A stretch of 64,000 nucleotides of DNA, taken from Candidatus Latescibacterota bacterium (GTDB lineage: Bacteria > Latescibacterota > UBA2968 > UBA8231). Both the position numbers and the translations under genes were made by a program. Position 1 is the stretch's first letter, and each line of letters opens with the position of its first letter. Below are positions 21,715-31,113 of the stretch, piece after piece. The notes beneath the pieces were generated by a model. That model saw only the letters and a program-made list of their open reading frames with translations, was not told where the DNA came from and ran no database searches. The stretch is from NCBI GenBank assembly GCA_963422735.1, contig OY730476.1, positions 3,488,001 through 3,552,000 on the forward strand, written 5' to 3'.

Positions 21715-22791
21715 ATGGCAGGAGAAACGAGATACCGTGCGGCGATCGTGGGATTGGGTTTTATCGGGGGAGCGGACCAGGTCTCGGGCGATGCTCTTGG
21801 CCAGCGCGTCGAGGATCTCGATGGTACGCACGTGGACGCACTGCACAACCACGACCGGGTCGATCTAGTCGCTGGTAGCAGCCGCGACAACGGGCGGCGC
21901 GAGCGCTTCCACGTGCGCTATGGAGTGCCCGCGTTCGCCGACTGGCGCGAGATGCTCGGCGCAACCGTGCCCCTCGACATCGTCTCGGTCGCCACGTACA
22001 CCCCCGTCCACGCCGAGATTGCCCAAGCGGCAGTAGAAGCCGGTGCCCGCGCCATCTACTGCGAAAAGCCCGTTGCGGCGACGGTCGCCGAGGCCGAGGG
22101 GATGTTGTCTGCCTGCAACAAGGCCGGTGCCCTGCTCGTCATCAACCACAACCTGCGCTTCCACCCCGGCTATCGGGGGCTGCGCGACCGCATCGCCGCC
22201 GGTGCCCTCGGTACCTTGACCTCGGCCTCGCTCCAGTGGACCTCTGGTCGCCTAGGCAACGTCGGCACGCACATGATCGACGCCGTGCAGATGATCACCG
22301 GCCTGCCAGTGACCGCTGTCTCCGGCACCCTCGATCTGTCGGGGAAACCCGATTGCCGAGGCGAAGCCTTCACCGATCCCGGTGGGTGGGGTCTGCTGCG
22401 CCTCGGACGCGACTTGCCCGCGGCCGATGGTGCGCCGCGGGGCGACTTGATCTGCACGGTTGATGCTGCCGACTACGGCACTGCACCACCGCGCCACCGC
22501 TTCCACGGCACCGAGGGCTACGCCATCTGCCGCAACCGCGACATCGAGATCGTGCGCGGCGACGACCGCGAGTTTTTGCCCGACGATTCTCCGGACAGCG
22601 GCATGGACCGGGCCGTTGCCGAGATCGTCAATTGGCTCGACGGGGAGGATCCCTTTTCCTACGACGCGAAGGAAGCCATGCGTACCTTGGAGGCGATCAT
22701 CGCCTTTCACGCCTCCCATCGCGCCGGCGGTGCTTGGGTTGAGCTGCCTCTGCGCGGCGACGACCGCGATGTAGTTCTTCACAGCGGCTGA
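21715..22791 (+). CDS. Gfo/Idh/MocA oxidoreductase
   Basis: IVGLGFIG, YCEKP, GTHMID; AGGAGG RBS. Confidence 0.9.
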   Translation: MAGETRYRAAIVGLGFIGGADQVSGDALGQRVEDLDGTHVDALHNHDRVDLVAGSSRDNGRRERFHVRYGVPAFADWREMLGATVPLDIVSVATYTPVHAEIAQAAVEAGARAIYCEKPVAATVAEAEGMLSACNKAGALLVINHNLRFHPGYRGLRDRIAAGALGTLTSASLQWTSGRLGNVGTHMIDAVQMITGLPVTAVSGTLDLSGKPDCRGEAFTDPGGWGLLRLGRDLPAADGAPRGDLICTVDAADYGTAPPRHRFHGTEGYAICRNRDIEIVRGDDREFLPDDSPDSGMDRAVAEIVNWLDGEDPFSYDAKEAMRTLEAIIAFHASHRAGGAWVELPLRGDDRDVVLHSG

Positions 22792-22798
22792 CGGTCGT

Positions 22799-23572
22799 TC
22801 ACCCCTTCGGCACCACGAGGGCGCGATTGCCGTAGGGGATTGAATCCATTTCAGTGTCGTAGATCCGCTCCAGAAAATCTCGGTCCCACGGCCGCTCGGC
22901 CGCCGGTAGCCGCTCTACCACACCATCCTTGAGAAAGACGAAGTGATCCCCATACAGGAAGGCGCTGTTGGGGTCGTGCAGGACGGCGAGGACGGTGAGA
23001 TCGGCATCGACCAACTCGCGAATCAGGCGCAGCAGGTGCGCTTGGTTGAGAAAGTCGAGGTGCGAACTCGGCTCGTCGAGGAGGATGAGACGGGGCTGTT
23101 GGGCCAGAACTCGAGCGATGCGGACGAGCTGTTGCTCCCCCCCCGACAGTTCGGTATAGGGACGCTCCTTCAGGTGAATAACGCCGACCCGCTCCAGCGC
23201 GGCGATGCCGATCTCCACGTCCTCCTGTTTGGGGACATAGGTGACGTAGCTGGCGCGGCCGGTTAGTACCACGTCCTGCACCGAAAAGGGGAAAACTGGC
23301 CGGTGATGCTGGGGCAGGTAGCCGAGGACGCGGGCCCGCCGCCGGGACGAGAAGGAACGGACTTCCTCCCCCATGATACGCACTTTGCCGCGCTCGAAGT
23401 CGAGGAAACCGCCGAGAATGCGCATGAGCGTTGATTTGCCGCTGCCGTTCTTGCCGAGCAGGACGGTGAATTGCCCCGCCGGGATCTCCAGCGAGATCTC
23501 GTTGAGAATCGGCCTCCCTTCGTAGGCAAAGGAGAGCTTCTCGACTTGGATGGCTGGCGCTAGGTCTCCCAT
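22799..23572 (-). CDS. Fe-siderophore/cobalamin-type ABC transporter ATP-binding protein
   Basis: GKNGSGKST, LSGGEQQ, LLDEPSSHLD. Confidence 0.92.
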   Translation of the reverse strand: MGDLAPAIQVEKLSFAYEGRPILNEISLEIPAGQFTVLLGKNGSGKSTLMRILGGFLDFERGKVRIMGEEVRSFSSRRRARVLGYLPQHHRPVFPFSVQDVVLTGRASYVTYVPKQEDVEIGIAALERVGVIHLKERPYTELSGGEQQLVRIARVLAQQPRLILLDEPSSHLDFLNQAHLLRLIRELVDADLTVLAVLHDPNSAFLYGDHFVFLKDGVVERLPAAERPWDRDFLERIYDTEMDSIPYGNRALVVPKG

Positions 23573-24570
23573 CCGATCCGCGCCTTTTTGAGGAGGAAGA
23601 TGAAGAACGGTCCGCCGAGCAGGGTGGTGAAGACTCCGACCGGAATTTCAAAGGAGGCCAACGTGCGCGAGCAAGTATCGACCAGCAGTAGAAAGGCCCC
23701 GCCAAAGGCAAAGGAGGCCGGCAGGGTGTGGCGGTTGTCCGGCCCTAGCATCATGCGCACCATATGCGGCACGGCGAGTCCGATCATGCCAATGACGCCG
23801 GCCACGGCAATCGCCGCCGAGGCGGCCAAGGTCGCCGGAATGAGAATCAGCACCCGCTCCCGCTCCGGGTTCAGGCCCACTGCGCGAGCTTCTTCGTCGC
23901 CCTGAGCTAGCACGTTCATGCGCCAGCGAAAGAGGAAGAGCCAGACCACGCCGATGCCCACTCCCGGAGCTGCGGAGCGCAGCTTGGCCCAACTCGAATT
24001 GTGCAGGTTGCCCATAGTCCAGTGGACGATGGTTTGCAGCTTGTACGGGTCGGTAAGAAACTGGACGATAGTCAGCAGAGCGGTGAAGATCCCGGTGACG
24101 ATCACTCCCGAGAGAATGAGGGAGACCACCGACACGGTCTTGCGGGTGCGGGCCAAGAAGTAGGCCAAGCCCACGGCGAGCAGGCCAAAGCCAAAGGCCG
24201 TCGGCTGGAGCGGAAGGAACGGTAGGACCAGCGCGATAGCTGCGCCAAAGGCAGCACCGGAGGAAAGCCCGAGAATATAGGGGGCCACGAGGGGATTGCG
24301 AAACAGGGCCTGTAGGGCGTTGCCGGCCGCGGCCAAGGCGCCGCCCACCAGAAAGGTGAGGAGGATGCGCGGCAGCCGCACCTCCCACACGATCGTGCTG
24401 ATCAGAGCCTCTTCTTCGGTGCTAGCGGCCGTCTCGCGAAAGAGCAAGCCATAGAGCCAGACGAGAATTTTCCCCGCCTCGGCACTGGCAGAGGGGCCGA
24501 GCAGCAGGGAGCCTAACAGGATCGGCAGCGGCAGGGCATAGATGAGGCGGCGGCGGAACGCGCTATTCAC
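23560..24570 (-). CDS. FecCD/BtuC-family ABC permease
   Basis: VRLPRI, FRNPLVAPYILGLSSGA, GDEEARAVG, EIPVG; GTG start overlaps the SBP stop. Confidence 0.92.
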   Translation of the reverse strand: MNSAFRRRLIYALPLPILLGSLLLGPSASAEAGKILVWLYGLLFRETAASTEEEALISTIVWEVRLPRILLTFLVGGALAAAGNALQALFRNPLVAPYILGLSSGAAFGAAIALVLPFLPLQPTAFGFGLLAVGLAYFLARTRKTVSVVSLILSGVIVTGIFTALLTIVQFLTDPYKLQTIVHWTMGNLHNSSWAKLRSAAPGVGIGVVWLFLFRWRMNVLAQGDEEARAVGLNPERERVLILIPATLAASAAIAVAGVIGMIGLAVPHMVRMMLGPDNRHTLPASFAFGGAFLLLVDTCSRTLASFEIPVGVFTTLLGGPFFIFLLKKARIGWET

Positions 24571-25589
24571 GGGCCGTCTCCCGTTCCGAGAGAAAGGGGC
24601 GGCGGTTCCCCGAGCCGCCCCCCGTACAGCTTGTTCAGCAGGCCGGCTCGCAACTCTTCTAGATCCTTGGCGGAAAAACGGTCTGGATGGCACCAGCGGG
24701 CGACCAGATCGACGGTGAAGATGTACTTGAGGGTCCAGAAGTCGCACGAGAATGGGTCGGACAACTCGTGTACTCGCCCGTTGCGCACCGCCGAGAGCGA
24801 GCGCCAGCCAGACAGCTCGCCTAGGTCCTCGGCATTGAGTCGGTCGTTGCACCACATGACGATCAGCTCAGGGTTCCAGACGAGGACATTTTCGAGATTG
24901 ACGATGAGGTGCTCTAGTGCGCTGTCGGCCGCCACGTTGGTTCCCCCGGCCAGATCAATCAGTTCCTGCACGGTGCTGTTGCGGCCAGCCGTCTCCAGAG
25001 GCCCTTGATCCCACATGAAATATACGCGCGGCTTGGCTTCCCCTGCGCCGAGGGCGGTCTTGTGCTGCACTGCCTCCAACTCCTCCCGGGCAATGGCGAG
25101 GAGCTCGGCGGCCCGCTCCCGGGTGCCGGTCAGCTCGCCGAGGGCGGCGATCTCGCGGTGAATGTCCTCAAAGTGCTCGATGAAGACCCCAAAGACCGGG
25201 ATGCCCTTCTCTTCGAGAGCGGCGATGGACTCCTCCTGACCCGACCAGAGGATGACTAGGTCCGGCTGCAACGCTACCATGCTCTCGATGTTGACGAAGT
25301 CCCAGTTCCCCGGCGTCGGCAAGGTGCGCTCGCGGATGCGCTCGTCCATGGCCGCGTAGTACGGGAAGACGCTTTCCTGATAGATATTGGTCGAGATGCC
25401 GACGAGACGCGCTTCGGCCCCGAGCATGTACAGGCCGCTGAGGGCGCTTTCGAGGAGGCAGACGATGCGCTCGGCCGGCTTGTCCAGCTCGATGCGGCGA
25501 CCGCGGAAATCAGTGGCCGACACGCCCTCTGCGATTACTGGATCACCGGCGAGGAATAAGGAGAGAAGCAGGAAGAAGAATACAGTCAT
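24567..25589 (-). CDS. Periplasmic binding protein (Peripla_BP_2/BtuF-like)
   Basis: TDFRGRRI..PAERIV, NIESMVALQPDLV, LAGGTNV, AVRNGRV. Confidence 0.9.
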   Translation of the reverse strand: MTVFFFLLLSLFLAGDPVIAEGVSATDFRGRRIELDKPAERIVCLLESALSGLYMLGAEARLVGISTNIYQESVFPYYAAMDERIRERTLPTPGNWDFVNIESMVALQPDLVILWSGQEESIAALEEKGIPVFGVFIEHFEDIHREIAALGELTGTRERAAELLAIAREELEAVQHKTALGAGEAKPRVYFMWDQGPLETAGRNSTVQELIDLAGGTNVAADSALEHLIVNLENVLVWNPELIVMWCNDRLNAEDLGELSGWRSLSAVRNGRVHELSDPFSCDFWTLKYIFTVDLVARWCHPDRFSAKDLEELRAGLLNKLYGGRLGEPPPLSLGTGDGP

Positions 25590-25657
25590 CTCGAATGATT
25601 TGAAAGACAAGGGCAACCACAAAGATTTCCCCTATGATGGATGTTCAAAATGTCCAC

Positions 25658-25724
25658 GTAGGGGCGCCCCTTGTGGCCGCCCAAAATGCTGGCCCGCCAA
25701 CGGGGCACCCACAATTGCCCCTAT
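25658..25724. repeat. GTAG-family REP-like palindromic element
   Basis: GTAGGGGCGCCCCTTGTGGCCGCCC ... GGGCACCCACAATTGCCCCTA inverted pair immediately after the TonB receptor stop. Confidence 0.7.
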
Positions 25725-27781
25725 TAAAACGAGACCATTAGGCCCCCGTTGACCGAGAAGCCGGGGTCCTGAAACTGCCACGGCATCTCGAAGGTTTGGT
25801 TGGTGATGTTGTATGGTTCGAGATAGAGGTGGAGGTCGTACCCGTCTTGGGTACGGACGCGCTGCTCAAGGCGTGCGTTCACCAGAATGTACCCGTCAAG
25901 GGCTTTGGCATCCTTGTTGATATCTCCGAAGATACCGCTATAGGACTGCACGGTGACCGTCGCCCGCAAACCCTGCGGAAAAGCGAGATGAACCCCGGCG
26001 CCAATCGCACTCTCTGGCACGAAGTTGATCTTGGCGCCGACCTTGCTCGTATCCGGGTTCTCCGTCACTTCGGCGTTGGTATAGGTGTAGTTGACGAACC
26101 ACTCCACCATCTCGCTGAGGCGGTGGGTAGCCTCCAACTCCGCACCTCTAGTCGTGGTCGTGCCGGCGTTGATGTCCTGCGACTGCGCGGGATCATCCGG
26201 ATCCACTGGCACCACCCGCTGCACGATCTGGTCGTCGATTTCGATGTTGAAGCCGCGCACGCCGACCTGCAATCCCTCCGTCGGCCGGTAGTTCGCCCCC
26301 AAGTCGATGCTTATCCCCGATTCCGGTTTGATGTCTGGATTCGGGAGATGGCCGCTCTCTTTGCTGCCTAGAGGAACAGTACCGCCCACCGACTTGAGGG
26401 AGGGAGCCTTAAAGCTGCTCCCCGCATTGGTGTAGATAGAGAGGTCGTCGCTGTGGTTATAGCGTAGCCCGGTGCTCCAGAGAGGCTTGTTCCAAGAGTT
26501 GCTGTCGTCTCCCGGGGGGGCACCCTGCAACAGGTCAATGTCGTGCGATATGATGTTGTAGCGCGCTCCAGCGCGGAGGATAACCCTACTTAAATGCATC
26601 TCTTCTTGGGCGTAGAGGCCAAAGGCCGTGGCCGTGGCATCGTTGCCAGTCTTCATAATGTCGGCCTCGGACGAGGTCTCGTACGAGGCGAGCTGATAGT
26701 CGGCACCCACGGTGAGCACGTCCGTCTCCCGGGTGACGAAGGAGAGGGAGAGATCGGCCGGCACAACCGTTTGGTTGACCCCGTCCTCCGAGCGCAGAGA
26801 AAGACTTTCGGGAATGACCATTCCCTCATCGTCGCGCGCGAAGTTGTCCTCTTCCCAGCGGCGCACGTAGTCGCGGTACCCGACCTTGGCCCGGCCAATG
26901 ATCCGGTCCGAGACTGGGTGGGTGTACCCGGCGTTCAGCGTGGTGTAGGCGTGGCCGAAGTCCCGGTTCGGGCGGCCGCTGTCGCCAATGTGCCAGGTGC
27001 GGTGCGCGTACAGGGAAGCCCGCTGGCCGCGGTCGTTGAGGAAGTAGGTTCCCCGCATGTACATCTTGGTCTTCTCGTAGTTTGGAGAATCACCCTCGAG
27101 CATGTTCAGCCAAGAGTTTCTGTTGCCGTCCTTGTCGAAGGTGCCGTAGTAGGTATAGTCCGAGTCCTCGTGGTGCCCCCCGAAGAAGAGATGCAGGTTG
27201 CCGGCTGCCCGCTGGTGAAAGAAGCGCCCGCCCATAGTGTTGTAGGATCCGTAGTACGCCGAGGCGCTGGTGCGGGTGCTCCTGACGCGCTCCTTGAGGA
27301 TGAAGTTGGCCGTGCCGGCTAGCGGCGACTGATTGCCGGCAAAGTCCATGGCCAGATAGGTCGGATAGAGCACCGAGGCGGAGCCGCGCTGGTCTTCGAC
27401 CCGCTCGAAGGCCCACGGATCGAGGCTTTGGAGATCGACAAAGGCGTCAATTGGCAGGCCGTCGAGCATGTAGCCTTTGTACGTATGGGCTAAGCCACCG
27501 GAGGATCCCCAGTTAGCGTCGTTGCGGGACAGCACGTTGGCGAAGTTGCCCGGGCTGTACGAGAGCATCTCGGCCAAGTTGCCGTTGCCGAGGACCAACG
27601 AGCCTATTTCGTCGGCGGTGATGATGGAGATTTTCTGGGTCACATTCCCCGGCGTCTGCGGCAGCTTGGAGCCAGTGACGATGACCTCCTCCATCTCGTG
27701 AACATCTGCCTCGTCGTCAGCCGCGAAGGCGGAGCCGACGATGAGGAAGATGGGCAATGCACTGGCGAGTAGCTGTTTCAT
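25724..27781 (-). CDS. TonB-dependent receptor
   Basis: Signal peptide, EEVIVTGS TonB box, plug domain, NPDIKPESG, terminal Phe; AGGAG RBS. Confidence 0.93.
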   Translation of the reverse strand: MKQLLASALPIFLIVGSAFAADDEADVHEMEEVIVTGSKLPQTPGNVTQKISIITADEIGSLVLGNGNLAEMLSYSPGNFANVLSRNDANWGSSGGLAHTYKGYMLDGLPIDAFVDLQSLDPWAFERVEDQRGSASVLYPTYLAMDFAGNQSPLAGTANFILKERVRSTRTSASAYYGSYNTMGGRFFHQRAAGNLHLFFGGHHEDSDYTYYGTFDKDGNRNSWLNMLEGDSPNYEKTKMYMRGTYFLNDRGQRASLYAHRTWHIGDSGRPNRDFGHAYTTLNAGYTHPVSDRIIGRAKVGYRDYVRRWEEDNFARDDEGMVIPESLSLRSEDGVNQTVVPADLSLSFVTRETDVLTVGADYQLASYETSSEADIMKTGNDATATAFGLYAQEEMHLSRVILRAGARYNIISHDIDLLQGAPPGDDSNSWNKPLWSTGLRYNHSDDLSIYTNAGSSFKAPSLKSVGGTVPLGSKESGHLPNPDIKPESGISIDLGANYRPTEGLQVGVRGFNIEIDDQIVQRVVPVDPDDPAQSQDINAGTTTTRGAELEATHRLSEMVEWFVNYTYTNAEVTENPDTSKVGAKINFVPESAIGAGVHLAFPQGLRATVTVQSYSGIFGDINKDAKALDGYILVNARLEQRVRTQDGYDLHLYLEPYNITNQTFEMPWQFQDPGFSVNGGLMVSF

Positions 27782-27850
27782 GGTGCGACTCCTGTAGGAA
27801 GGGGTGAGTAATGCACTCAATTCAGGGAAAGAGAGGAACAGACGTAAGCG

Positions 27851-28696
27851 TTACAGTCTTAAAGTGCCAAGACTGTCGCGGTGGATCAAGGCGTGGATCT
27901 CGCGCTCGTCTAAGCGCGGCAAGGCCGTGCCATCAAGCATTTTGTTCAATCCGTACAGACCCTCAATGGAGGCGTCAATCGTCGTAAAGGGATAGTCGCT
28001 GCCAAAGAGGAGCTTGTGCCAAACTCCGTATTCCTGCACCAGCATCAGGCTGTGGTAGAGCTGGAAAGGCCGATAGTGGAGGGCGCTGACGTCGGCGTAC
28101 ACATTGGGGTGTTTGCGGATGACTGCTAAGCACTCGCCCTCGTAGGGATGCGCTAGGTGGGCCATGATGATTTTGACCTCCGGGAAGCGGATGGCCACCG
28201 GGTCGAGATGGCGCGGCAAGGTGCAGTCGAGCGGGGCTTGGGCGACGAAGGTTGTGCCGGTGTGCAGCAGCACGGGCAGGTCGTGCTCAGCGGCGTAGTG
28301 CCACAGCGGATCGAGGCTTTGGTCGTGTGGGTAGAAGCCGGCGTACATAGAGAGCAGCTTGATGCCCCTGAGGCCGAGGTCTTGATGCCCGTAGGCCATT
28401 TCTTGCTCCCAGCCGTCTTGGGTGGGGTCGAGCGAGAGGAAGCCGATCAGTGCTTCCGGGTGAGCGGCGACATAATCGGCGACATAGCGGTCATCAACCC
28501 ACAAACCAGAGCGTCGAGCCTTGCCGCCAAAGACGATGGTTTTATCGCAGTTTTGTGCGCCCGCACGATAGGCTGCATAGCTCGCGGTTAGGTAGAGGGA
28601 CTCGTCGGCTTTGGCCACTTGGGCCGCTTGTTGGCGAAATTGGTCGGTGAAATGCTCGGGGTACTTCCAAGCATGGCTGTGGACATCGATGATCAT
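27851..28696 (-). CDS. Amidohydrolase family protein
   Basis: MIIDVHSH, LLHTG, MAHLAHP, NVYADVSA, LFGSDYP. Confidence 0.9.
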   Translation of the reverse strand: MIIDVHSHAWKYPEHFTDQFRQQAAQVAKADESLYLTASYAAYRAGAQNCDKTIVFGGKARRSGLWVDDRYVADYVAAHPEALIGFLSLDPTQDGWEQEMAYGHQDLGLRGIKLLSMYAGFYPHDQSLDPLWHYAAEHDLPVLLHTGTTFVAQAPLDCTLPRHLDPVAIRFPEVKIIMAHLAHPYEGECLAVIRKHPNVYADVSALHYRPFQLYHSLMLVQEYGVWHKLLFGSDYPFTTIDASIEGLYGLNKMLDGTALPRLDEREIHALIHRDSLGTLRL

Positions 28697-28703
28697 GCGG
28701 TTG

Positions 28704-28759
28704 TCAGATTGCGAAAATTACTTTTATATCTCAAAATCTCAGATTGCGAAAAATTACTT
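28704..28759 (+). promoter_or_regulatory. Tandem direct repeat TCAGATTGCGAAAA(A)TTACTT in an AT-rich divergent promoter region
   Basis: Copies at 28704-28723 and 28739-28759. Confidence 0.6.
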
Positions 28760-28907
28760 GTTATTATTATATTTAATCTTGCTTGATTAATTAAATAAAT
28801 AAGATTCAACAGAGAACATGCCGAGGCAGTCAGAGAAGAGCCAGCTACTTACCGCCGGTGCTCTAAACAAGTGTTCGCTAAATTACATTATCTGCAAGGA
28901 GAAAACA

Positions 28908-31067
28908 ATGAGACGATCCTTTTTGACTGTTGTCTTGCTAACTTTTTTTGGGGCAAGTGGTCTTTTTTTCGGTGCTAATCCCGCCTTGGCTGATGAACAC
29001 GAGGCTGCGATCCCCTTCGTCGTTGGCGAGCCGGTCAGCCTGACGCTGCCGGAAGTGTCGGGCGGGACTCCCCCTCTGAGCTACAGCGTGTCGGGGTTGC
29101 CGGCGGGGTTGTCTTTTGATCCGTCCACCCGTACGGTGTCGGGTACGCCCACCCAAGTCAGCGATGTGGTGGTGGTTACGTACACGGTCGCGGATGGGAG
29201 CGGTGCGTCCAAATCGCTGCCGATCTCGGTGGTGGTGGTTGCGCCTTCGTTGGATGCGCCCGATGCGCTGGTGGCCGTGGACTACAAAGGGGCCGACGGC
29301 GCGGGCGATCAAGGCGGCTTTGTGCTGCTGACGTGGGATCTGTCGGACGATCACGATACGCTGGACGGCTATCGCATTTTCCGCGAGTTGCCGGTGCTGA
29401 ACAGTGAAATGGTTCCTTGGGCTATGGTAGATGCCGTGCCGGGGGTGGAGATGGGTCGTGCTATCGTTGCCACGCTGGACAATGTGGCGACCAACTGGGG
29501 CATAGCGGCCGAGCGCGGAGGTCAGACCACGCACGGCGCGGCTAAGGCCGTGTTCGTCTCGTCGGAGTCGTTGAGTCATCCTTATGCGGTGATGGCTCAG
29601 ACGCTGGCGGCTAGCAAAGAGGCGGCTCACGTCGGTGATGCACCGGTGTTCGCCTCGCTGCTGCCGGAAGCCCTGGCGTATGCTCAAGGGGTGACACCTA
29701 AGCTGAATGTGGTAGCAGGGGAGTTGGAGCGTTCGGCACTTACGGTGACGGCGGAGCCGGCGCGTGGGATTGACGATATCGCGCCTTTGGCCGTGTCTTC
29801 GCTGGAGGCCTTGGATGCGCCCAACGATCAGGGTAGTCGCATTGAGTTGACGTGGACGCTTTCGCCATCGGACCAGTTGTTGCAGGGCGTTGTTGCTGGT
29901 GCGGTGGGTCCGGCGGCTTCTGCTCCGGTGTTCGGCGTACATGGCTACGGCATCTATCGCCGTGTGGCGGGTGAAGGCGAATGGGTCCGTATCGGTCAGG
30001 TCGATGCTGGGGTAAGTTCGTTTGTCGATGCGATGGCGCTCAACGGGGTGCGCTACACCTATCAGGTGCGTGCTTTTGACTTGGACAACGAGACGGGCTC
30101 TGCTGACGCGCTGGCACTGGCGGTGCGCAACCGGGTGTTGGATAGCGAAGGGCGCGCGCTGTTGGGTCTGTTCGGCGCGGACAACCAAGTTGGCTTCGAC
30201 GATTTCTTCATCTTAGCTGATTTCTTCGGTTTGACGTCGTCGGACGCGGGGTTTGACCCTGCGTATGACCTGGCTCCGAATGCGGTGATCGACTTCGACG
30301 ATTTCTTCGTGTTTGCCGATCACTTTGGTCGCCGGACTCCTTCTGCTGGCAAGCGGGTTCCGCAGTTGGCGGGTCTAAATGGGGACGCTCGGTTGTATTT
30401 GGATGCGCCGACGGAGCTGCCTTCGGTGGGCGAGAAGTTTGTCCTCTCCGTACGGGTAGCGGACTTCGCGTCGGTCAAGGGCTATGGCTTGGAGGTGTCG
30501 TATGACGCCGAGAAGCTGTCCTTTGTGGAGGTATTGACTGATCAGCCGCTAGGCGGCAGTGCGTTGTCTTCTCCGCAGGTGTTGACCGATGAAGGCGGGG
30601 CGTTGGCCGTGGCAGCCTATGGCTCGGCGGTTTCCGAGGGGGAGTTGGGCTTGCGCTTGGTGTTCCGGGCGCAGACGGAGATCGAAAGCACGCAGATCGA
30701 GGTCACCGACAGCCAGACGTATGACGGATCGTTTGGGGTCAATCGTTTGGGTCTGCCAGCGCCGGTATCTTTGCAGACGCGTCCGGAGACGTTTGCGTTG
30801 GCCAACAACTATCCGAATCCGTTCAACCCCTCGACGACGATCAAGTATGCGTTGCCGCAGGCGTCGGACGTGGAACTGACGGTGTATAACGTGGTAGGTC
30901 AGGCGGTTCGGACGTTGGTGTCTGAGCATCAGAGCGCCGGTCGGTATGTAGTCGAGTGGGATGCGACTAACGACAGTGGACATAGCTTGTCGTCGGGGCT
31001 GTATTTCTACCACCTGCAGGCGGGCGGAGAGTTCCGCGAAGTCAAGAAGATGCTGCTGCTCAAGTAG
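28908..31067 (+). CDS. Secreted modular protein P1: putative Ig (He_PIG), Fn3-like, dockerin/EF-hand-like, cohesin-like, T9SS-type CTD
   Basis: AAGGAG RBS, signal peptide, GLPAGLSFDPSTRTVSGTP, DNQVGFDDFF..ADFFG and VIDFDDFF..ADHFG, VKGYGLEVSYDAEKLSFV, NNYPNPFNP...KKMLLLK. Confidence 0.85.
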   Translation: MRRSFLTVVLLTFFGASGLFFGANPALADEHEAAIPFVVGEPVSLTLPEVSGGTPPLSYSVSGLPAGLSFDPSTRTVSGTPTQVSDVVVVTYTVADGSGASKSLPISVVVVAPSLDAPDALVAVDYKGADGAGDQGGFVLLTWDLSDDHDTLDGYRIFRELPVLNSEMVPWAMVDAVPGVEMGRAIVATLDNVATNWGIAAERGGQTTHGAAKAVFVSSESLSHPYAVMAQTLAASKEAAHVGDAPVFASLLPEALAYAQGVTPKLNVVAGELERSALTVTAEPARGIDDIAPLAVSSLEALDAPNDQGSRIELTWTLSPSDQLLQGVVAGAVGPAASAPVFGVHGYGIYRRVAGEGEWVRIGQVDAGVSSFVDAMALNGVRYTYQVRAFDLDNETGSADALALAVRNRVLDSEGRALLGLFGADNQVGFDDFFILADFFGLTSSDAGFDPAYDLAPNAVIDFDDFFVFADHFGRRTPSAGKRVPQLAGLNGDARLYLDAPTELPSVGEKFVLSVRVADFASVKGYGLEVSYDAEKLSFVEVLTDQPLGGSALSSPQVLTDEGGALAVAAYGSAVSEGELGLRLVFRAQTEIESTQIEVTDSQTYDGSFGVNRLGLPAPVSLQTRPETFALANNYPNPFNPSTTIKYALPQASDVELTVYNVVGQAVRTLVSEHQSAGRYVVEWDATNDSGHSLSSGLYFYHLQAGGEFREVKKMLLLK

Positions 31068-31113
31068 CACCCACCGTACAGCGCGTTCGTGAAATTCTAA
31101 GGCAAGGAGTTGA

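Noticed and set aside
27782-27850. Cobalamin riboswitch or Fur box upstream of the TonB receptor
   Set aside because: The spacer is only about 70 bp and has no B12-box or GATAATGAT-like motif.
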